A stretch of DNA of 46,932 bases, from the NCBI GenBank assembly GCA_002506705.1, contig DAYA01000055.1, forward strand, positions 1-46,932. Reading direction: 5' to 3'. Origin of the DNA: Euryarchaeota archaeon UBA550 (lineage in GTDB: Archaea; Thermoplasmatota; Poseidoniia; Poseidoniales; Poseidoniaceae). The first letter of the stretch is position 1. Every line of letters begins with the position of its first letter. Below are positions 1-8,314 of this stretch, one piece after another. Below the pieces are notes generated by a model. It searched no databases. It saw nothing but the letters and a program-made list of their open reading frames with translations, and was not told the DNA's origin. The position numbers and the translations under genes are program-made.

Positions 1-66
1 AATGTCTGTCACTGTGCCCCTCTTCCTTCCCTCGGAAGAATCCCCGCAGTCGCCTAGCGACAAATA

Positions 67-101
67 GGCCGTGTTCCGCAAAGAGCGGAATGCGGCCTTT
101 T
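67..101 (+). terminator. Terminator-like stem-loop plus T-run after an incoming + strand frame that stops at 65-67
   Basis: GGCCGTGTTCCGC (67-79) pairs with GCGGAATGCGGCC (85-97), including two G:T wobbles, around loop AAAGA. TTTT follows at 98-101. Confidence 0.35.
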
Positions 102-103
102 CC

Positions 104-162
104 AATTTTTATCAACACAAGTTCCGAAGGAACCATACACAAGAGAACATACAGAGAGGTGA
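104..162 (+). promoter_or_regulatory. aIF6 upstream region: TATA-like box, mini-hairpin and Shine-Dalgarno
   Basis: AT-rich AATTTTTATC at 104-113. GTTCC-GAA-GGAAC hairpin at 121-133. GAGGTGA at 156-162, 6 nt before the ATG at 169. Confidence 0.35.
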
Positions 163-168
163 AAGCGT

Positions 169-831
169 ATGCCAATCACAACAAGTGACGTTCTCGGTTC
201 AGACCAGGTTGGAATTTACTTGGCTGTTTGCGGCAACGTTGTTTTCCATCCACATGAACTCAACGATGAGGCATTGAATAGGATTGATGAGTATCTGGGT
301 CTCGAAAGGCATCCACTTTCGATTGGTGGATCAACGCTTGTTGGTGCATTGGTTACTGGCAATTCAAAGGGGTTAGCTGTAGCAGATATTGCAACTGAAT
401 CTGATATCGATGTACTAACATCCTTTGGTGATGTTGTCGTCATGGAGGGTGGAGTCAACACCGCAGGAAATTTACTACTCTGCAATGAGCATGGTGCGAT
501 TGCTTCCCCTGCTATACCAGAAGAAGGCGTTGAAATTATTTCTGAAGTCTTCGGTATTCCTGTAGCGGTATCGTCTATCGCAGGAGAGGATGTAGTTGGT
601 TCACTAGGAGTCGCAAATGACCATGGAGTTCTTCTACATCCGGATGTATTGCCCGATGAGGTTCTAGTTATCGAGGAAGTACTCGGAGTCTCTCCAATGG
701 TTGGAACAGTCGCTTTTGGCTCTCCATACGTTGGTGCAGGCCTTGCAGCATCCAATAAAGGGGCTATTGCAGGAAGAGAAACGACCGGTCCAGAATTGAA
801 CCGTGTTGAGGATGCGCTCGGATTAATCTGA
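169..831 (+). CDS. eif6: Translation initiation factor 6 (aIF6)
   Basis: 220 aa. Five pseudo-repeats typical of the eIF6 pentein fold: NVVFHPHELN, GLAVADIATE, GAIASPAIPE, HGVLLHPDVL, GAIAGRETTG. SD is upstream. Confidence 0.9.
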   Translation: MPITTSDVLGSDQVGIYLAVCGNVVFHPHELNDEALNRIDEYLGLERHPLSIGGSTLVGALVTGNSKGLAVADIATESDIDVLTSFGDVVVMEGGVNTAGNLLLCNEHGAIASPAIPEEGVEIISEVFGIPVAVSSIAGEDVVGSLGVANDHGVLLHPDVLPDEVLVIEEVLGVSPMVGTVAFGSPYVGAGLAASNKGAIAGRETTGPELNRVEDALGLI

Positions 832-878
832 TTTCCCAGCAATAATGTTGAAAGACGTTATTGGCAGGGATATGTCTC

Positions 879-1790
879 ATGGGCGAATGTCTCTATGCAG
901 GTAAAGTGAAAGAAGTCTGGTCTACAGATGACCCTGATATTCTTGAATTCCGTTATACAAACCAAATCTCAGTATTTGATCAGATTATCCCATCCTTAAT
1001 TCCTAGGAAGGGTGAATCATTGAACAGAACTACCACACACTGGTTTGAATTGGTGGAAAAGGAAGGAATCTGTAGAACTCACGTTGTAGAAAGGAACGCT
1101 CCCGACCGATGTCTTGTTAGAAGAGTAGACATTTACCGTGAGCCAGGAACTACTCCAAGAGATGGTGAATGGGTGTTCGTACCGTTGGAGATTGTTTGCC
1201 GACACTACCTTGCAGGATCAGGTTGGAGAAGGTACAAGCGTGGAGAATTGACTGCGGAGGAACTTGGTTTCGAAGCAGGAACAGAACTCGAGGAGGGCGT
1301 AAAATTACCAAAGCCATGCGTTGAGGTAACTACCAAATTCGAAGCATATGATCGCCTAATCGACAGGAAAGAGGCTCTTGAAATCGCAAACATAACTGGT
1401 GAAGAACTTGATTCACTAATTGATGTAGTTTTGAAAGTTGATGAATTGATTGAAAGAGAGGCGTTAAAGCGTGGTCTAATCCATGTAGATGGTAAGAAAG
1501 AGTTTGCACTAGGCCCAGGAAGAGTTCCTGTGCTTGTCGATTCATTTGGTACTCTTGATGAGGACCGTTGGTGGGATGCTGAAGAATATGATAAAGGCAA
1601 CATTGTCCAACTTTCCAAGGAATTTGTAAGGCAACACTACATTTCAACCGGACATCAAGAAGAATTGAGGTTGGCTAGAGAAGCTGGAACTGAAGACCCC
1701 CCAATTCCTGCTCTGCCACAACAGGTAATCGACGATACAGCTGCACTTTATGCATCAATGTATGAGAGATTGACCGGTATGGAATTCTGA
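879..1790 (+). CDS. purC: Phosphoribosylaminoimidazole-succinocarboxamide (SAICAR) synthase
   Basis: N-terminus MGECLYAGKVKEVW...ISVFD...KGESLN and later LVDSFGTLDEDRWW match PurC motifs. The ATG at 879 is preferred over the TTG at 861 used by the ORF track. Confidence 0.88.
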   Translation: MGECLYAGKVKEVWSTDDPDILEFRYTNQISVFDQIIPSLIPRKGESLNRTTTHWFELVEKEGICRTHVVERNAPDRCLVRRVDIYREPGTTPRDGEWVFVPLEIVCRHYLAGSGWRRYKRGELTAEELGFEAGTELEEGVKLPKPCVEVTTKFEAYDRLIDRKEALEIANITGEELDSLIDVVLKVDELIEREALKRGLIHVDGKKEFALGPGRVPVLVDSFGTLDEDRWWDAEEYDKGNIVQLSKEFVRQHYISTGHQEELRLAREAGTEDPPIPALPQQVIDDTAALYASMYERLTGMEF

Positions 1791-2426
1791 TCAATTGTGA
1801 ACTCGGAAAACAACTCCGCAGAATCTTTTTTCTGCCGCTCGAAGCAAAGCAACTAGATGTTTAGCTGCGTCTTGGCAACCACCGTCAAGTGGTTCATCTG
1901 CTGACGGCATCCAACACTTTGATGTCAATGCCTTTCGTAGTGATGTAACTTCTTCTGCCGTCAACCACCCTCTCATTTCTAGTCTCCCAAAACCGCTTTC
2001 CATACTAGTCCCTGACATTCTTGAGGCGAGTTTTTCCATCAGTTCACTTAATTCTTCCAAAGTGTCAGGTTTTCTACGTGAATCTCTTATCCAGTCCCTA
2101 AGATAAGATATTGGAGAACCATCTCCGTACGGAAATCTCCCGAATCTTTCCCTTGAAAGTCCCGCTTCCAAAGGCATTGGTTGGCCAACGGGTGTGAGGT
2201 GTATGCAAGATAGGAAAAACAAATTAGCATCATCCCATGTAATAGAATCACGCTTTTCAGGAGACTCTAGGCCTTGAGAAGTAAGTCGTTGTTCTAAGTC
2301 CTCATCATTCGATACTAGTTCTGTCCAATCCCCTCCAGTTAGTGCTTCAAAGGTTGGTATAAGTCTCTTTGAAACCATAGGGTCCAGTGTGAAAAATGCT
2401 GTAGTGGCATCGAACGCTTCCTCCAT
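1791..2426 (-). CDS. Hypothetical cytoplasmic protein (211 aa), 31 nt downstream of giant surface protein 1 on the same strand
   Basis: Clean ORF with an ATG start and no TM or signal peptide. I recognise no family. Confidence 0.55.
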   Translation of the reverse strand: MEEAFDATTAFFTLDPMVSKRLIPTFEALTGGDWTELVSNDEDLEQRLTSQGLESPEKRDSITWDDANLFFLSCIHLTPVGQPMPLEAGLSRERFGRFPYGDGSPISYLRDWIRDSRRKPDTLEELSELMEKLASRMSGTSMESGFGRLEMRGWLTAEEVTSLRKALTSKCWMPSADEPLDGGCQDAAKHLVALLRAAEKRFCGVVFRVHN

Positions 2427-2457
2427 GTTGAAGCCGAGCAGTCAGTTACGGATGAAG

Positions 2458-5400
2458 TCAACGGTCTTTCAAGAACGAGTCCAAACGCTTGGATAATTCG
2501 TCTCTAGAGTTATCTTTCTCTCCTGAGTCTGTAGCCATTTCTTTACGGAGTGCAGATAGTCGCCCGCTCGCAGTGCTGTCATCAATGTCAATGACTTCTT
2601 CTTCTGGTTCAACAACCAAGTCATTTTCTTGGTCTATTTTTTCGACTGCGATATTATTGGCGGTGTTCTCGGCCTCTTGGTCAAATGACATGTCATCGAA
2701 ACTCATGTCATCAATCGAAATCTCATCCTGTACCAATTGTACTTCTTCCTTCTTTTCAACCACCGGTTTAGGTTGTTGATTAGAGCTAGGTAATTTCTTT
2801 TCAACAGATTCTTGATCGTTCCTATTGAAGTTTAGAACTCCAGCAAAGAACGCAACAACTAGCATAAGCAAAGCGATGCCTATCGTCCAGTATACATCTG
2901 AAGAGCCATATGTCACAACGGGTAGGTTGCTAGCATATACTGTCATTGAGTCATCAGCAGGATTATCATCGACATCCCATGGAGCAAGGCAAGATATTGT
3001 TGCAGAAACCTCTGCACCATCACCAATCTCACTGGGCCTCTCTAAACTTACACCCGGGGCATATACGCTGCCAAACACATCAATTGCAATATTTTTCTCC
3101 CAATCCCCATCTACAACTTCAATCTTCAGTTGACATACCGAACCTTCCATCATCTGATATCCTGAACGGTCAATTCCTACTTCGACGAAATTATCGTTGA
3201 CCACTAGTGAAGAAACACGTACATTCCATCCACTTTGTCTTGCAACGTGAGTGGTGGTTTCGGAGTATAGTTGAAGGCCGTTGGAATCAATAATTAGGAT
3301 TTCAACTGAAACAATTCCTGGCTCAGGGTCCCAGTTAGTTGTTGACAAGTTTACAATGCTCGATTCATTCGCAGAAAGTCGTATTGTACGAGAATCAAGA
3401 ATCTCTCCACGACTTGTCTTAACCCAAGCGTTAGCAACGAGCTCGTGGTCAAGATTTGCTGTTATGGTGCAACTAGTCCAAGTCTTCGAGATTGACTCGA
3501 TTCCAAGCAAGTCAAGATTTCCAAATGCACTGTCACAGTTCGCAGAGTGAACAGGCGCGGGAATTCCGACAAGATGTAGCTGCATTCCATTGTGTGTAGT
3601 GTTTGATCTCGAATCAGGTAGAGGAACTAGAGACGATAGAATTCCGTCGGTTTCCGAGTTAGTTGTAATTGTAACTTTCTCGCCAGTCCTACCAGTATGA
3701 ACAGGGCTGGAAACTAAGACAGTATCACTTTCGTTTACTGTAATGGAGTGGGTAATCGTTCCAAGTATTGGATGAATCAACTCAATTTCTAATTGAATGT
3801 TCACACCGTTCCACGAGTTTGCGGGTGTAATTTGAAGTGGAACTCCCTTGATCTCAGAAGGTGCTACGACAATAACCTCGTCTCCGTTTAACGTCCAGCC
3901 ACTTGGTAAGTTGTTCAGGTTTAGTTCCATGATTGCAACATCATTCCCAGTGTTTTCTATCCAGGCAGTTGGCCAAGAGGAAACACCTTCTCTTACCTTC
4001 CAACTACCTTTGGAATCGACAATGATTCCTGGAACAGAGCCAATTCTTATCGGAACTTGTTCTACTACCTTCCCACTTCCGTCTCCATTAGAGATTTGTA
4101 TGCTTACAACACCCACCTCTCCAGCAATCGAGTCATCTGGTGGATACACTGTAATGTTGAATGAACCTGTAGTGCCGGGTTCTACTGTCGGACCAGATGT
4201 TGGTAAACTAACATTCCAGCCATCTCCTGCTTTCACGAAATATGGCTCTGCTGGTGCATTTCCTATTTGTTCAACTGTCAGTTGAATTTCTCCACCGTCT
4301 GGTGAAATCTCAAGTGATGTGTCAGATAAGTCGATTTTCCAACCCGCTACCTGTAAAACTTCAATCTGAATCAAAACGTCGTATTCGATATCATAGCCTT
4401 CCGAAGATGTGGCAAGTGTAAGATTGGCAATTGTTCCTGCCCATGCATTTGTTGGGATATTTAACTCGAACAGCACAGTTTCATTATCCATTATTTCTAA
4501 TCTTGAGGAATTGATTTGTTCTGCGGACCATGTCGAGGTATCATTTCCTTGTCTAGATATCTCAAATTGAGGAGCAAGAGTCAGTAAATCGTCAGAGTTT
4601 CCTGTATTGGTTAAATCGATAGTCAAATCCAGAACCTGACCAGGTGTTACTTGATGTGATAGTCCTTCTTGAACGATAATGTCCCATCTGTGGTCGGGTC
4701 TAACTTGTACGGTGATGTTGGTTTGCACTCCAACACTTGAATTACCGATGCTATCCCAATCAAAGATAAGTTGGAATGTTTCTCTTGCGGGTATGTCGTC
4801 AGGTAGAGTTACCCAGACAGGGACCATACTAATTCCTCCCGCTCCCAGTGTGCGAATCGGATTAGTAATCTCAAAAGTAGCATTGGGTGCCTGTGAAAGA
4901 TTTCCTGCTAATGTACTTCCGCTAAGTTGGAATGTGTCTTCTCCATTTCCGGGGTTTTCCAATCGAAGGATTAGTTTGGTTCTCTCACTAACATTGAGTA
5001 CTGAACCATCATCGGGACTGACAACCTCTGCTGCAGCTCTGAATACTTGCAATACGTGTAATGAAATCGACAAGTCAGAATTTACTGAGTTGCTTTCACT
5101 TTGGTTGAAGAAATGGCGCATAGGTGGAGCATCGAATGGCAAATCGAGATGGAGTTGTCCATTTTGACCACTCATCTCCAGCATTGTTCCATTGATAGAT
5201 AGGTCACCACTTGCGCTCCAATTCCAGCCTACCTTTAGCATCCCTGCAGATGACATATCCCACGATTTAGTTGTGCCATCGTTATTTGTCTCTACATCCC
5301 ATACTAAGCCTTGGGTTGGTACGGTGCGGATGTGAGGAATATCTGAAGCGGTATTACTTGCAAAAATTGTGACATCAAAATCTTCGCATATTTCTTCGAC

Positions 5401-8040
5401 TCCCGAACCTATGCACAAAGTTAGAGTTGTGGAGGTTGAATCTCCTGGTTGCTTAGAAGATGGGACTTCTACTTCGATGAGATATTGCTTAGTTTCACTT
5501 GGTCCAAGCTCTATACCAAACTGAGTATCTCCCGTGTAATCGACAATCGTTGTGCTTGTACTCCATGTGTTTGAGGACCACTGCATCTCCGTGGTTTCCT
5601 GTGCATTACCAACATTCTCCACCATCATCCAAACGTGCGCTACATCACCCGGGCGACCATATCCTATGCCACTGGGAAGTCCAGTTGAACCTTGCAAGGA
5701 AAGCCCTCTAGTCCGCTCTACTTCAAGAGGTAAAGTCGCTGTTGTAGAAACGGAGTTGTCCTGGTCGAGTGTGAGCGTTAAAGGTATGAGCGCATCATCA
5801 GATCCCACCGCATCCAGGGGCACAGAGAATTCAAACTCAATTTCTGCGCTCTCTCCAGATTCAAGATTGACTGAGAGGTCAGCGGAGTTATTGGGATAAA
5901 ATGACCATCCATTGGGTAGATTTGAATCATCATAAGTTAATGTCCACAGGGCACTTCTACTTCCTGTATTTGAGACGGTTATGTTGACGCTCTGTGTATC
6001 TCCGGGTAAGGCTCGGGAAATCTCGCTGGGAACCTGAATCTGAGCGACATATGGTTCAAGTACAACCATTGTAGATGTAAATTGATCATTGTCAGTTCTA
6101 GTTTGTGTTAGATTCTCATCAATGTCCAACACTAACTCTACTTCATGAACTCCTAATGTAGCTTCGATATCAACACTAAATGTGATTGGACCGCCTTCAC
6201 CTGAAGGAGCAACAGGCTCCACAATATCGACTCGGTGACGCTTTATTTCAACGCCATCCATCATCAGAACTGCAGTTACAGGTTCATCAGTGTCAAGAAT
6301 TCCTATGTTGGAATATTGCCCCGATATGGTGACCATCTCTCCAGGGTCGGGGTCAATTGGAGTGAAGCCGATGCCTCTTCCATCGGCAAGTGGTGCCAAG
6401 TCTGGTTTCCCTTCACTCACTAGCATGTCGCCTATTAGAATGTCGAGGTAGCCATCACCATCCAAATCCGCAATTGCAGGTGATGCCCATGTACGGTGAG
6501 GTAGGTCAATTGCAGAAGACCAGCCAGTGCCGATATCAGCGGATATTCCAGTAGTGCCATCAAATGCGAACAGCCTCTCCCCGTAGGCAACTAGTAATTC
6601 TGGCTCGTCCTCACCATCTAAGTCAATCGATATCGGAGAAGAAATAGCGACTTCGCCCTCATTGTCATTGCCGCTTCCACTTTGGAGAACTCTTGACCAC
6701 TCTCTGTACGGGGGGTCTATCGTAACGTCTTGACAACCCGCTAATCCATCTCTATCGGTGGTCCCTGCGCCAGTAGAGTACCAAGTAACCCAACATACTC
6801 TGTCTGTGATTCCATCGCCAGTAGTATCAACGGGAACAGGCTCGGTGTCAGCGTAGCCATTCTTTGCTCTAAATCTCCAAATCTCGTCAGTGCTAGTTAG
6901 TTCCATTCCTACGTATTGAGCGCCCTGGCCATCATCTGCACCGTTGCTGTCGGATGGAAGTGTCAATATCATTTCAGGGGCAGCGTCGTTATCCAGTTGG
7001 GTTACAACAGGTCCTGGTAATCTGATTCGAGGAGTGTCAGAATCACTATCGGTCCCCTGCACTGAAACCCTTTCCCAATCTAGCGAACCTGTCGGTCCAT
7101 CAATTCTCCAAATCCAGAAATTTCCACTGTTCTCATCAACAGTAGTGAGTACTACAGAACCACTGCTATCATCTAATGCTGCAAACGCAGGGTCTGATGG
7201 ATGGGAGCCTCGGTCCAATGCGACTGTCCAGTCTGCTTCAGGTGATTGTAATCCTAGAGGTAGAGCAACAACGGTTGGTTCATCGTTTGTTGTATCTACG
7301 GCAGCTATTACTAATTCGGGAGTTCCGTCCAGAGAGAGGTCCGCTAGGAGAGGTTGAGTTACAGATTCGGGAGCCGTCCAAAAGTGAGCATTAGGGATCC
7401 CTATTCGTAAGTCAGCGTCTGACCATGACCAAAGTTTCTCGTTCGAATGTCCTGAAACACTCCACCCTGATTCATCACAGGAGATTTCTGGCGCCCATAG
7501 GTCAACTTCCAAAGCACTATCCGTATCGTAAACTACAGCTATTTCAGGCTTTGAATCACCATTGACATCAACGATAACAGGGGTGGAACGGATGACGTCT
7601 ACATCACCCAGATTTACCTCCCACGTAATTTTGGCAGTATCGCCCTCAATAATTGCTAATCTTCGCTCTACTCCATCGGTGTAGGTGAGCACTGCGAATA
7701 GATGACCTTCACCACACCTTTCTTTCGCCCCGAGAGGCGAACTGATTGATTCGGAGAAGTCCCCAACCGCAACTCCGTAACCGTCAGCACCCAAGCCAGA
7801 GTCAAAGGCCACCCAATTGATAGCAGGAGTTTCAATAGTGGTCAAACCAGTGGTTCCATGAGCAGGAAGTGTTCTGGTGTGGCCGGGGTCTCTGCCGTAT
7901 TGTGCCCAAGGCTGAGTAAGCGGGTCCCACGCATCTGAATTACTCTCATCAGCGATAGTTGGCGCAGGTATCACAACGATAGAGGTTAGTAAAATCAGAA
8001 GCATCAGAAGCGCTCTTGATTGCTTACGCACTAACCTCAC
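2458..8040 (-). CDS. Giant surface protein 1 (1860 aa): signal peptide, FG-GAP/VCBS-type beta-propeller, CARDB/Ig-like array, C-terminal TM, acidic tail
   Basis: N-terminus MRLVRKQSRALLMLLILLTSIVVIPAP. Repeats include DVNGDSKPEIAVV, DLSLDGTPELVIAAVD, DTTGDGITDRV, DLDGEDEPELLVA and DLDGDGYLDILIGD. About 7 modules carry x-N-x-G-N/S motifs (SNIGILD, SNTGSRS, ENVGNAQ, ENPGNGE, TNTGNSD, EQIGNAP, ENTGNDV). TM WTIGIALLMLVVAFFAGVLNF at nt 2827-2889, followed by a 122-aa acidic tail. GTG start, with an in-frame stop immediately upstream. Confidence 0.9.
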   Translation of the reverse strand: MRLVRKQSRALLMLLILLTSIVVIPAPTIADESNSDAWDPLTQPWAQYGRDPGHTRTLPAHGTTGLTTIETPAINWVAFDSGLGADGYGVAVGDFSESISSPLGAKERCGEGHLFAVLTYTDGVERRLAIIEGDTAKITWEVNLGDVDVIRSTPVIVDVNGDSKPEIAVVYDTDSALEVDLWAPEISCDESGWSVSGHSNEKLWSWSDADLRIGIPNAHFWTAPESVTQPLLADLSLDGTPELVIAAVDTTNDEPTVVALPLGLQSPEADWTVALDRGSHPSDPAFAALDDSSGSVVLTTVDENSGNFWIWRIDGPTGSLDWERVSVQGTDSDSDTPRIRLPGPVVTQLDNDAAPEMILTLPSDSNGADDGQGAQYVGMELTSTDEIWRFRAKNGYADTEPVPVDTTGDGITDRVCWVTWYSTGAGTTDRDGLAGCQDVTIDPPYREWSRVLQSGSGNDNEGEVAISSPISIDLDGEDEPELLVAYGERLFAFDGTTGISADIGTGWSSAIDLPHRTWASPAIADLDGDGYLDILIGDMLVSEGKPDLAPLADGRGIGFTPIDPDPGEMVTISGQYSNIGILDTDEPVTAVLMMDGVEIKRHRVDIVEPVAPSGEGGPITFSVDIEATLGVHEVELVLDIDENLTQTRTDNDQFTSTMVVLEPYVAQIQVPSEISRALPGDTQSVNITVSNTGSRSALWTLTYDDSNLPNGWSFYPNNSADLSVNLESGESAEIEFEFSVPLDAVGSDDALIPLTLTLDQDNSVSTTATLPLEVERTRGLSLQGSTGLPSGIGYGRPGDVAHVWMMVENVGNAQETTEMQWSSNTWSTSTTIVDYTGDTQFGIELGPSETKQYLIEVEVPSSKQPGDSTSTTLTLCIGSGVEEICEDFDVTIFASNTASDIPHIRTVPTQGLVWDVETNNDGTTKSWDMSSAGMLKVGWNWSASGDLSINGTMLEMSGQNGQLHLDLPFDAPPMRHFFNQSESNSVNSDLSISLHVLQVFRAAAEVVSPDDGSVLNVSERTKLILRLENPGNGEDTFQLSGSTLAGNLSQAPNATFEITNPIRTLGAGGISMVPVWVTLPDDIPARETFQLIFDWDSIGNSSVGVQTNITVQVRPDHRWDIIVQEGLSHQVTPGQVLDLTIDLTNTGNSDDLLTLAPQFEISRQGNDTSTWSAEQINSSRLEIMDNETVLFELNIPTNAWAGTIANLTLATSSEGYDIEYDVLIQIEVLQVAGWKIDLSDTSLEISPDGGEIQLTVEQIGNAPAEPYFVKAGDGWNVSLPTSGPTVEPGTTGSFNITVYPPDDSIAGEVGVVSIQISNGDGSGKVVEQVPIRIGSVPGIIVDSKGSWKVREGVSSWPTAWIENTGNDVAIMELNLNNLPSGWTLNGDEVIVVAPSEIKGVPLQITPANSWNGVNIQLEIELIHPILGTITHSITVNESDTVLVSSPVHTGRTGEKVTITTNSETDGILSSLVPLPDSRSNTTHNGMQLHLVGIPAPVHSANCDSAFGNLDLLGIESISKTWTSCTITANLDHELVANAWVKTSRGEILDSRTIRLSANESSIVNLSTTNWDPEPGIVSVEILIIDSNGLQLYSETTTHVARQSGWNVRVSSLVVNDNFVEVGIDRSGYQMMEGSVCQLKIEVVDGDWEKNIAIDVFGSVYAPGVSLERPSEIGDGAEVSATISCLAPWDVDDNPADDSMTVYASNLPVVTYGSSDVYWTIGIALLMLVVAFFAGVLNFNRNDQESVEKKLPSSNQQPKPVVEKKEEVQLVQDEISIDDMSFDDMSFDQEAENTANNIAVEKIDQENDLVVEPEEEVIDIDDSTASGRLSALRKEMATDSGEKDNSRDELSKRLDSFLKDR

Positions 8041-8076
8041 CGTTCATTAGTGGGTCATTTGAGGTAGTTAGGGCTT

Positions 8077-8112
8077 TGGGCCCTACGGGCCCATTAGAAA
8101 CCGAAAAATATA
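8077..8112 (-). promoter_or_regulatory. Leader/promoter of giant gene 1: TATA-like box and 7-bp/GTA palindrome
   Basis: On the minus strand, TATATTTTT (8112->8104) is followed by TGGGCCC-GTA-GGGCCCA (8093->8077), which ends 36 nt before the GTG start. Confidence 0.4.
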
Positions 8113-8314
8113 GCGTATTTTGGCAGCCAAGTAAGGCGCTATGGTGCAATTATACACCTCGTTGGCTGTAGTATCATTCAAATAGGGGTCGTTGGTGGCG
8201 TAAACGACTTCGGTCACACTTCTCTCCCGAGGCACAGCCAATGAAGGACGGATGAGGCACTCACCTCACTCGTCCTTTGGTAGTGAATTGGAAGAGGAAA
8301 AAAGAGGTGAAAAA

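Noticed and set aside
1-67. Possible 3' end of an upstream + strand gene (frames stop at 55-57 or 65-67)
   Set aside because: It is too short to identify, and I cannot tell which frame, if either, is real.
216-842. 208-aa ORF antisense to aIF6
   Set aside because: It lies fully inside a confidently identified gene on the other strand. The translation is S/T/P-rich low complexity, typical of antisense frames, and there is no start context.
8252-8314. 21-codon N-terminal extension of rpoE' suggested by the ORF track
   Set aside because: A strong GAGGTGA SD sits just before the internal ATG at 8315, and MYKVV... matches the usual Rpo7 N-terminus.
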